A stretch of DNA of 41,385 nt from Savitreella phatthalungensis (taxonomy: Eukaryota): contig AP039704.1 in NCBI GenBank assembly GCA_051599415.1, forward strand, positions 248,001 to 289,385. Direction: 5' to 3'. This document shows positions 30,288 to 40,399 of this stretch, piece after piece (positions within the stretch are counted from its first letter, which is position 1; each line of letters starts with the position of its first letter). The notes beneath the pieces were generated by a model that worked only from the letters and a program-made list of their open reading frames with translations, did no database searches and was not told the origin of the DNA. A program made the translations under genes and the position numbers.

Positions 30288-32690
30288 TGGCCTTAAATCT
30301 TAGCCGCCGGGAAGACCCCTGTCCAATAAGCGTGCACGTCAAGCGCACGCAGAGGTCACGCGGCCGTGGCTCGGGTGAAGAAGCGACGCATTACAAAGGT
30401 CCTTCATCCATGGCCACGACGTCGATATTCGTGGCTGCGATGTCGAAGCTTGTCTTTGTGGAACATCCTCGTCCCGCGACTGTCGCAACGCCAGCCATAC
30501 CCGAAGCATCGTCGTCATGGTGGACGCGTCTATCTGTGACATGGAAAATGGTTATAGACACTTGGAGAAGGTAGACGGGGCTCAGCATAGTCAAAGGAAG
30601 CTATACAAGAAGCGCAGACACAAGCAGACATGACCATGCATCTTTCGCAGGGCCTCGGGCAGGAGCAAACGAAGCGGCCACAGGGCCTATCAATATGGCC
30701 GCTTTGAATCATTGTCCATTGTGCCACAGAGATAATGCCATGCTTGTCGTCGTGCTCGACCATGCGACAGATGAGTGATCTGGCAGATGAAATGATCGTG
30801 AACAGTCTCAGCAACATGAAGGTTGCATCATGATTGGATATAGCTACAAGCCATTGCGGAGAATAGTCACGCGATTGCTGAAGCAATTACTCAAGCAATA
30901 CGCACACAAATGGCATATGGGATCGGTATGAGAACAATGAGGACAGGAAGGATGATGGCGTGTTTCACAATTTACAGCCCAATTCAGGTATACTGCCTGA
31001 AATTGCGCCAATTGTCGAGGATAGGCTGACTCAGTCAAATGACCCTAGACAAAGTGCATTGTCGGTGAAATTGGTCAGCAGAATGATAATATTGCTGTTG
31101 CTCCATGGAGCATGATCTCATCTCCAATTATTTCGGCGCAAATGCCACCAAATTGCGTATCCACAGACATGATTTTGCTGAAGCAATTGAATATCATCAC
31201 GGCCGTGATTGATCCAGTGCGACGTCGATCGAGATCGTCGCACGAAAGATGGGGTCATCGGTAAGTTGAAGCAGTTGACCCAGAAGATCACAATGTACGG
31301 TGATATCGACAGGACGTAGACGTGTCGCAGATGCCAGTTGCTGTATCGGGAATCGACGTAGCACACAGCAGAGAGGACGCAAGGAGACGAAGCGTCGCCT
31401 ATTGTATGAGAACGGCCTGCCATGTACCAAAATTATCAAGCACCCGGAACAATATCGTGCCTCAGGCTCTTTCCACGAAGCTACGGGCTCCGAATCTGTA
31501 TGCACGATCAACGATTGATCAACAGGGGTGTATATATTGTAGGCGCTGGGCAATTGCAAGTAGATTGATCATGAGATGTTCAAAGACAAATTATCAAGAG
31601 ACCGTGGCGTCCATTGTACAATTGCTCGGGCCTTCTATGATTCAATGTAAGGTGCGTAATTGTGCAACGCATAATGCCTGAAAGTCTTTGTAATCTTCTC
31701 ATCAGACCTACGGCTATCGAAGTTTGTTGCGAAGGCAGAGTGACATATGCACAATCACAAATCTGAGTGGTCTTCTGTGCCCATATATCAAAATATGAGA
31801 CAATGCTGTTCATACAAGCTTCGACTTCTTGCCATGAGCCAGGCTGAAGCGACATGTCGAAAAACGAATCAAGGTCTGATCGTGCTTTTGCCAAGATATT
31901 CGAGATGTGCAAATTGCATTTGACAGTTGCAACAAGTATGCCTATTCTCGCTGAACATGCCCCGAACTCAAAATTCAGAACGATAACATGGTTTCCCTGC
32001 CACGAAAGTTCACCAGTACAACGAAAAGTTGACGCGCGCATTGATTCAGCTAAGCAGATTGTGCGCTCGAAAGCGAGTTTTAGCAGCTGCATCAGTCATA
32101 AGTCGCAATATATTGCACACATTGACAGACTTCAACAGCGACAATTTGATAAGCCTCGAAAACCATCACTGTTTTGTTATACAGAGCTCAATGTCACTGA
32201 GTTGTCACTCGACCACGTAGTCAACCAGGTCACGCTTTTCAGTCGCGCCTTGGAACTGAAATCTATTTCGATTGCATCAAGTACTTGATCAAGTTGCAAA
32301 CGCCGCTTCTGCAAGCCGTTGCAGCCGACATGGATGACGACCATCTGAACTCACCTTTTGCGCTGCAAACAGAAAGCAGGTGAAGACCAAAATCCGGAAA
32401 TACAGTACACAGGAAGTCCTGGACTTCCAATAACGACGCGCATGCAGGCTAGAGCGGGTTCTATGCTGCCTCAATTGAGGACCAAAGCAAGCGTTTCACA
32501 CAGAAGCGAGGTTCAGGAGACAGTCTTGCTCCAGGCTGCTTTGCAGTCTTGGGAGGGCTAAGCCAAGACTAAAACGTGGTGCAGCATGTCAGCAGACAAT
32601 CTGGGCCTAGCTGCTGTGTCTAGGTGTTTTCAACCTAGCTATATCTGGGCTCAAGGAGATGTCCGGGCTAACTAGATTTGTGCTTACCTG

Positions 32691-33093
32691 TGTCACGGCC
32701 GGTTGATGGCCCAGGTCGATCGTATATGGTTTGTACACAACGCCGTGTATATATGACACAATACTAGCCCCGTATGGAGCTATCAAATAGTATTGTTCTG
32801 TGCTAGGTCCCGGTGTTGGTGATACCTGGCATGCTGTCTCTGTATGGCGTGTCGCATCCTCTTGTACCCCCCTACCAACCTGCCACGTCAGCAGAGTTGT
32901 GGTATGTATCAGTTATAGCATGGTCAGTGTCACCGCCTAGACCGTCTCTTGTAGTCCCTCCATGTCTGTTTGTGCTTGTTTGTGTCTCTCTGTGTTCCTC
33001 GGTGGATTCCGTCTGTGTTGTCCTGTGTTGTCTGTCTTGTGTGCGTGTCGCTTTGTCCGTCGCCTTCGGGTCCTGCGGCCGTCCTCCGCGACA
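32691..33093. mobile_element. Solo-LTR-like relic (~403 bp)
   Basis: Imperfect inverted termini TGTCACGG...CCGCGACA (TG...CA, as in Ty3/gypsy LTRs). Homologous to the adjacent inverted copy. No 5-bp TSD is evident. Confidence 0.5.
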
Positions 33094-33116
33094 CTGTTGA
33101 ATAGTATCATTATGGA

Positions 33117-33342
33117 CGCCGCGGAGGACGATTGCAGGACCCAAGACTGACGGACAAAGTGACACGGACACGAGACAGACGACACAGGAGAACCCAGACG
33201 GAGTTCAACGAGGGACACAAACGGATACAGACAAGTACAAACAGACACCAGGGACTACAAGAGAGGCTGATCTAGTTGGTGTTGCTGACCCATGCTATAA
33301 ATGATACATACCACAACTCTGCTGATTTGGCAGGTCGTGACA
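33117..33342. mobile_element. Second, shorter LTR-like relic in inverted orientation
   Basis: Ends in CGTGACA. 33117-33335 is a ~80% identical reverse complement of 32878-33093, and it contains CTATAAAT. Confidence 0.45.
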
Positions 33343-34439
33343 CTACAGGCTCTTTCTGGCTGTCTCATGCACTCCAACTCCTTCTCACGTCCATGCGCCT
33401 GACTCTTTCTTCGCTGAGTCGGGTATGAAGATGATAAGGAGAACACCCGTGCGTCACCTGGCGTGCCGCGTTTCGCTGACAATTCGATACACTGATGTCA
33501 AGTCCCTTGGACTACGAAAGATACACTTGCACACGACAAGTTGCAAGTCTGGATTTCAGCAATTTCCAACAATCTCCTGTGTCGGCGCTTGTCCAATTTC
33601 ACTTGCAGGTCTATGTGAAGCTTGTCCTGACCATTTGACCTTCATTTCAACCTTCCTTTGCAGCCTTGATCGGCGTCACCTTGTCTGTCCGTGCTTCTGT
33701 CGCTATTGCAGACGATATTAGCACTGACCAGTCTAATTATAGGCTACAAACTCGTGGTTGGTCCAGTTCCATGGAGATCTGTTAGGGACAGCGATACAGA
33801 TGATCATTGGCTGGCTGTGCGTCGTGCATGGCTTCAGTCTCTTGCGAAACGACGCCGAGGGACTTCTAATCTGAGCGTGGTTTCGTCATGCGCTCTATGC
33901 ATCGGGAAGTTACACTTCGCTGAGATCATTTTGCTGGTTTAGTGTTGCGTTATTTGGGCAGCTTGTGTGAATCAAGAATGTGAAGGCACCGGGGACTCCC
34001 AAATTTTATGTGCTATCCTGCAGGGAATTCATCACATAGGCACTGGATACGCCTCCAGAATGAGGAAGCTGGCCGTCCCCGATCTTTCAAGATTGATCTG
34101 CAACGTTTGATCACCAGCCGGAATATCCTTTCCCTTGCAGATAGCACAGGCGCAATGCAGGGGCAAGCCGAAATTTGCACATGCATGATAATGTGCACAC
34201 ACTACATGGAATGCGCCCTTGATGACTACGCGTATCCTCGCACACCGATCACGAATTACCAGGGCTATCTCAAAGGCATTCAAAACGGCGCGCCTCTTTC
34301 AAGGACCTCTTCAACCAGTTGCGCTTACAGTCGACCGGACTCCAAGATTGCATCCAGGGTCAGATTCCTGCTGTGGAATTCACTGATATCGAGCAGCAAG
34401 CATACCCTGCTGCGAGCGATCTGGTGACGTTGCGCTCTG

Positions 34440-36086
34440 ATGCCGCTGAGCATGTCAGTCCGCAATGACTCTTGCTTTGCGGCAACCGGCTTTGCTGGCT
34501 ACCAAGGCGAAGACCCAACATCCGCGCAATTGCTGCAACCTGCGCAAGTGACAGAAACTGAAGTTGAAGGCGCGAGGTTGCGGCCCACAGACGACCAGAC
34601 ACGCAAGTGCATGTCGCAATCGCCCCCGCAGTTGTTGTCTGGCGAGCTGGCAGATGACGAGTCTGAGGTGTCCATCGAGTCGCTCACTGACAGCGATTCT
34701 GACAGGTATTCATGCGGGTGTCACCGACACCCCGAGACACGCGTCCGTCCGGCAATTCTCTTCGAGCCAGGCGAGCTGAGTGGTCAGGGTTTGCTTGAGC
34801 TCGACTGTACTCGTGCCTGGTTTGCGAAGCATGAGCCTGAGACAGGCACCGAGCGCACTGCGCCAAATCGCGCAACTCCTCAAACTATTGCTGCTCTCAA
34901 TGTACGCTTCGGAAGCTTCGTCGTAGGTGGAGCGTGCTCTCTGACGTCGACAGAGATGTCATCTCGGCCTGACGTGACTGTCAATTGCCTCGACATCCTG
35001 AGGACCTGTGCTTTACATTTCGCTGTGCGGCGGTTTCGTCGACTGGCGGGCGTCTTGGAAGAAAGGGACATTGCTGCAGGGATGAAAGATGTTTTCGATG
35101 ATGTCATTGAGCAGCTTGTTCAAGCTGGAGATTCCGGCCTGCTGGCAGGTGGATCGCTACCGATCCCCCAAATAGAAGCTTGGGTCCAGTCGCCCAATTC
35201 GGATCAGCGGCGTGGTGACGAAATGCGGCAGCGCGCCTTGGGACGAGTTGACCTTTGTCTACTGCTTTCGCCTCACTCGGACTCCAGGCCCCCATCATCA
35301 GAATTTGTCATGATTATGGAGCTGAAACGCTCAGTACGCTCCGCCCACGAAGTGCTGCCGCAGCTGACTTGCTATCTGGCTGCTCTGAACGATAGCCCGT
35401 CAAGCGCCATGCACAGGCCGGCTGCAACACTGGACGGGTTCCCGATCACGGGTGTCTTGCCGGCAGTCCTTCAGACCGGCTTAGATGCTACCTTGTGCGT
35501 CGCATGGCGCGATCAGAGGCTTCCCGCAGCAGCTGCGTCTTATGGCGAACTCCCATTGCACGTCCTCGTGGGCAAGACCTACAATCTGACAGATCGCGAT
35601 GAAGCTGTCGAGTTCATGGCCAGCCTCATCAATCTACTCAGCGGGACTGCCCAATTGAGGACACGACAAATGCTTCCGTCTCACGCGGATCAAGGCTACT
35701 CCATGAGTCTCGATGGCTACGGTGGCGAATTAGTCGGTCAGGCGCTAAATCCATGCTCGCTGCCGCCGTCGTTCACGCGCAGATTTTTCGCAGACAGTCT
35801 CACCTCGGACTCCGAATCTCCCGACTCATGCTACGACGATGACGACGACGATAGCGACAATATGGTCGCGGACCCGAATGTGCGATCATCTGATCTCGAC
35901 TCATCGAGCGATGACAACAAAGGGAAACCAATGAAAAGGCGACCCGCGCCTGCTCGCAATGCCTCGATGACTAAACGACAAAAGCGCAGGCTGCGGAAAG
36001 CGGAGTCGGCCCTTGACCTGATGAAGAGAGCATTCACGAACAGCCGACGAATGGCCACGTTAAGCGCCGGGAAACCGGGAAAGTAA
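34440..36086 (+). CDS. Orphan subtelomeric protein with a PD-(D/E)XK restriction-endonuclease-like motif, acidic tract and C-terminal basic NLS
   Basis: 548 aa uninterrupted ORF in otherwise decayed sequence. Motif GRVDLCLLL...VMIMELKRS...LPQLTCYL (D...ExK...Q..Y), then DDDDDDSD and KRRP..../KRQKRRLRK. Confidence 0.6.
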   Translation: MPLSMSVRNDSCFAATGFAGYQGEDPTSAQLLQPAQVTETEVEGARLRPTDDQTRKCMSQSPPQLLSGELADDESEVSIESLTDSDSDRYSCGCHRHPETRVRPAILFEPGELSGQGLLELDCTRAWFAKHEPETGTERTAPNRATPQTIAALNVRFGSFVVGGACSLTSTEMSSRPDVTVNCLDILRTCALHFAVRRFRRLAGVLEERDIAAGMKDVFDDVIEQLVQAGDSGLLAGGSLPIPQIEAWVQSPNSDQRRGDEMRQRALGRVDLCLLLSPHSDSRPPSSEFVMIMELKRSVRSAHEVLPQLTCYLAALNDSPSSAMHRPAATLDGFPITGVLPAVLQTGLDATLCVAWRDQRLPAAAASYGELPLHVLVGKTYNLTDRDEAVEFMASLINLLSGTAQLRTRQMLPSHADQGYSMSLDGYGGELVGQALNPCSLPPSFTRRFFADSLTSDSESPDSCYDDDDDDSDNMVADPNVRSSDLDSSSDDNKGKPMKRRPAPARNASMTKRQKRRLRKAESALDLMKRAFTNSRRMATLSAGKPGK

Positions 36087-36868
36087 TGCAAGTAGAGCAC
36101 ATCATTGTGCACTTACGAACGAGAAATGAATTAATGGAAATGTGCAAAAGAGGCGCACTCGACGTGCTGTAGAATGGGTGATGCAAAGCACAACTGGTCG
36201 GAGACAGTGTCGCCAAAGCAATACGGATCCAGACATGACCGAGAATTGCACAATCTCAGGTGCGCGCCAAGGGCTCGTCGCTCGACATCTTGATGCACCT
36301 TCCAACGTGCTCTTCAAACCCGTGTATCGACAGCCAAACGTGCGCGTCCGGGTCATTGCACTATCTCTGGCTTGAACTAGATCGTCCTAGTGTCGGGTTG
36401 TAAAAGCAATAGGACGACCAGATTGAACCAGGCCGTACTACAGTGTCATTCCTAGCACTAGTTTGTACTAGGTAACTGTAGTACCAATTTGTCCCAAATT
36501 ATCCTAGGTCATACACCTGCACGGCGCCGTTCAGCTCTAATTAAAGTCGCTACACCTAGAATTGATCACCTTTAAGATTAATCAATTTCACACACTCTTT
36601 TTTTGTCGCCTCCTCGAAGGCACCTTCTCCGTAGATTGCTCGCTATTCGATGGAATCACCAGCGCTAGCTCTGAAAGTAAGGTAGCTTGGTCCTGTGCCT
36701 CTATCCATGCTCTAGGCTCGATTTTAGCAGCCCTCGCCTTCGCTGCGATCCAGTGCCACCTCATATCTGTGTAGTCTAGATATATTCCACGCGTTTGACC
36801 CCGTTGGTTTGACCTGCGTTAGATAGGGGCAATTTTTTTGCTTGACGAACGGCGCAATGCACAAAAAT

Positions 36869-38040
36869 TTGGCGCCGTTGGTCGTGCATCTGACGCCATT
36901 TTGGCGCCGTTTGTCAGCGGGGCCGGCAAGACAAAATTTGCTCCTATCTGGAGGCCCTCAGTCAAATAATTTGATCACCAAAAAAGTATCAATTTTGGCG
37001 CCGTCGGTCAAAAATAGGTCACGTTTGGCGCCGTCGGTTCTATTTGATCAGCAAAAAATATCGAAATCGGCGCCGTCGGGAGAAAATAGATTACTTGGCG
37101 CCGTTGGTTCTGTGCATCCACACAGAATTGGCGCCGTCGGTCGACCACATAGCAGTGAAATGGCGCCGTCGGTCAAGCACCTGACCAAAATTGGCGCCGT
37201 TTGTTCTGTGCATCCACACAGAATTGGCGCCGTCGGTCGACCACATAGCAGTGAAATGGCGCCGTTGGTCAAGCACCTGACCAAAATTGGCGCCGTTTGT
37301 TCTGTGCATCCACACAGAATTGGCGCCGTCGGTCGACCACATAGCAGTGAAATGGCGCCGTCGGTCAAGCACCTGACCAAAATTGGCGCCGTTGGTTCTG
37401 TGCATCCACACAGAATTGGCGCCGTCGGTCAAGCATCCTAGCACAAAATTGGCGCCGTCGGTCAATCACATAGCACAAATTTGGCGCCGTCGGTCAATCA
37501 CATAGTAATGATTTGGCGCCGTTGGTCAACCACATAGCAGCAAATTTGGCGCCGTCGGTCAATCACATAGCACTGAATTGGCGCCGTTGGTCAACCACAT
37601 AGCACTGAATTGGCGCCGTTTGTTTTGTGCATCCACACAGAATTGGCGCCGTTGGTCGAGCATCCTAGCACAAATTTGGCGCCGTCGGTCAATCACATAG
37701 CACAAATTTGGCGCCGTCGGTCAATCACATAGTAATGATTTGGCGCCGTCGGTCAAGCACCTGACCAAAATTGGCGCCGTCGGTTTTGTGCATCCACACA
37801 GAATTGGCGCCGTTGGTCAAGCATTCCAGTGGAAAATTGGCGCCGTCGGTCAATCACATAGCACTGAATTGGCGCCATTTGTCAATCACATAGTAATGAT
37901 TTGGCGCCGTTGGTTCTGTGCATCCACACAGAATTGGCGCCGTTGGTCAAGCATTCCAGGGCAAAATTGGCGCCGTTGGTCAATCACATAGCACTGAATT
38001 GGCGCTGTCGGTCAACCACATAGCACTGAATTGGCGCTGT
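36869..38040 (+). repeat. Subtelomeric minisatellite with core (A/T)TTGGCGCCGT(C/T)GGT every 31-33 bp and a 96-bp higher-order unit
   Basis: I count 33 GGCGCC cores plus 2 degenerate GGCGCT copies at the distal end. Cores at 37097, 37130, 37162, 37193 and 37226 give spacings of 33/32/31/33. The three-monomer block is repeated about 3 times at 37095-37415. Confidence 0.95.
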
Positions 38041-38428
38041 TGTTCTTTGTACCTACTAGATCACACTAGTAATAGATTGTACTAGTAGTAGGTGCTACTA
38101 GATTGTAGTAGTACTAGGAGGTAGTACTAGGTTGTAGTAGTGCCAGGTCGGCCTCGGTCGCAGTCAGTGCTAGGTAGCGCCAGGTGGCAGTACTCGTGGC
38201 AGTACTCTGCAGTACGAGGTCGTAGTAGCCGCAGGTGGTACTAGTAGTAGGTTGTCGTGGTGCCAGGTGGTAGTACTAGGTGGTGGTGCCAGGTCGTCGC
38301 CGAGTCGACCATTTTTCGCACCTACTAGGTGGTAGTAGGTTGTACTAGTACTAGGTCGTAGTAGTACTAGGTGGTGGTGCTAGGTCGTAGTAGTACTAGG
38401 TTGTAGTGCCAGGTCGCACTAGGTCAAA

Positions 38429-38520
38429 CACGTGTGGGTGCCATTTGGCTCGTTGACCTGAATGGCACCCACACGTGCAGGTGCCATTTGGCTCGTCGAC
38501 CTGAATGGCACCCACACGTG
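38429..38520. repeat. Two tandem 43-bp-period hairpin units (CACGTG..GGTGCCATT / AATGGCACCCACACGTG)
   Basis: Perfect 17-bp inverted arms in the first unit; adjacent units share a CACGTG. Confidence 0.9.
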
Positions 38521-38900
38521 ATTTGTGCCGTCACGTGACCAGGTCCAGGTCGGCCTCGGTCGCTGTCGGTGCTAGGTAGTGCCAGGTGGCAGTACTCTGC
38601 AGTGCCAGGTCGTACTAGTAGGTGGTGGTACTAGTAGTAGGTCGTAGTGTTGGCAGGTGGTGGTACTAGTAATAGGCCGTGCCAGGTCGCGCTAGGTAGT
38701 ACTAGGTGGTGGTGCTAGGTCGTCGCCGAGTCGGTCCGTTTTTCGCACCTACTAGGTGCTAGTCCTAGGTGGTAGTAGTAGCTGGTAGTAGTACTAGGTG
38801 GTAGTACTAGGTGGTAGTAGTAGTTGGTAGTAGTACTAGGTGGTGGTGCTAGGTCGTAGTAGTACTAGGTTGTAGTAGTGCCAGGTCGCACTAGGCCAAA

Positions 38901-39035
38901 CACGTGTGGGTGCCATTTGGCTCGTTGACCTGAATGGCACCCACACGTGCAGGTGCCATTTGGCTCGTTGACCTGAATGGCACCCACACGTGCAGGTGCC
39001 ATTTGGGTCGTTGAGCTAAATGGCACCCACACGTG
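38901..39035. repeat. Three tandem 43-bp-period hairpin units of the same family
   Basis: Same inverted arms as 38429-38520; the third unit has a variant inner stem. Confidence 0.9.
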
Positions 39036-39672
39036 TTCTTCGCAGTCACGTGACCAGGTACAGGTCGGCCGCGGTCGCAGTCAGTGCTGGGTAGTGCCAG
39101 GTCGTACTAGCAGCAGGTGGTACTAGTAGTAGGTCGTAGTGGTGGCAGGTGGTGGTACTAGTAATAGGCCGTGCCAGGTCGCGCTAGGTAGTACTAGGTG
39201 GTGGTGCTAGGTCGCCGCCGAGTCGATTCATTTTTCGCACCTACTAGGTGGTACTAGTAGTAGGTTGTACTAGTACTAGGTCGTAGTAGTACTAGGTGGT
39301 AGTAGTACTTGGTGGTGGTGGTAGGTGGCAGTACTAGGCAGTAGTGGTACTAGGTCGTCGCCGAGTCGATCATTTTTCGCACCTACTAGGTTGTACTAGC
39401 AGTAGGTTGTAGTGGTACTAGGTGGTGGCACTAGTAACAGGCCGTAGTAGTACTAGGAGGTAGTAGTACCAGGAGGTAGTAGTACCAGGAGGTAGTAGTA
39501 CTAGGAGGTAGTGGTACTAGGCATTCGTCAAGAACCTGTCTTCTGAAGGTTGTAGGATGTTGCCGACACAATCGCACGGTTCTGTGGCGCAGCATGTGGC
39601 TGGTGAAATTTCGGCCCCGGAACCGGCACCGCAATCAGGCAAGCGCCAGCTAGGCGCTACACTGGTGGCCGC

Positions 39673-39766
39673 CAGCAGCAGCAGCAGCAGCACAGCAGCG
39701 GCAGCACAGCACCAGCAGCACAGCAGCGGCAGCACAGCACCAGCAGCACAGCACAGCAGCAGAGCC

Positions 39767-39841
<75 letters not shown>

Positions 39842-40020
39842 GCAGAAGCAGAAGCAGTGGTTCAGGTAATAGCAGCAGCAGCAGTGGCAGCAGCAGTATC
39901 AGCAGCAGTGGCAGCAGCAGTGGCAGCAGGAAGAACAGCAGTAGAAACAGCAGGAGTAATGAATGCAGCAGTAGTAACGGCAGCAGCATTTAATGCAGCA
40001 GTAGCTGTAGTAGTGGCAGT
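39673..40020 (+). repeat. CAG/GCA microsatellite region with a perfect (CAG)24 at 39768-39839
   Basis: Read directly from the sequence; degenerate CAG, GCAGTG and GCAGTA triplets flank the perfect tract. Confidence 0.95.
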
Positions 40021-40399
40021 ATTAGAAGGAGTGAAGGGAATGTCAGAAGTAGTCAGTGTGGTAGCAGAAGCAGCCATCACAGTCAATAAAGCACAGACTA
40101 GATAATTGAATGAGGCATACAAGGAGCACAGACAGGCACAGACACAACATAGTGGACAGATTACAGTGCATGACAGTTGCAAGTACATGCGACAGTGCAC
40201 AAGACAGTCAAGAGGAGCAAGTGAGAGTGAATTAGAGTGCATTGTGGAGGAAAGGGCACAGCACAGCGCCAGCAATGGATTGAACAAGCAACAGTGGAGG
40301 AAACAGTGCATGCCATGTGACATTGCAGTCAATTGCAGTCAATTGATGTTGCACAACAGGCGTCAGCATGAGACCAGGGCCAAGTAGATGATGTTCACA

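Larger units (their letters stand above)
38050..39520 (+). repeat. Complex subtelomeric satellite (GTAGTACTAGGTG-type short motifs) arranged in three ~400-515 bp higher-order units
   Basis: Anchor CAGGTCGGCC(T/G)CGGTCG at ~38144, ~38546 and 39061. CCGAGTCG...TTTTTCGCACCTACTAGG at 38300, 38726, 39218 and 39361. Confidence 0.9.

Noticed and set aside
36376..36510. Helitron 3' end (hairpin plus CTAG)
   Set aside because: There are several CTAG and a loose CGTCCTA/TAGGACG stem, but the spacing and stem do not fit the canonical pattern, and there is no Rep/helicase gene.
36842..37465. ORFs with 32-aa repeats (GAVGSVHPHRI...) on both strands
   Set aside because: They are by-products of the 96-bp higher-order repeat; frames are open on both strands and break where the monomer order changes.
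36869..38040. CRISPR array
   Set aside because: The context is eukaryotic, the repeat (~15 bp) and spacers (~17 bp) are too short, spacers recur many times, and there are no cas genes.
39557..40105. Poly-Ala / poly-Leu ORFs
   Set aside because: These are translations of the CAG microsatellite with no domain content.
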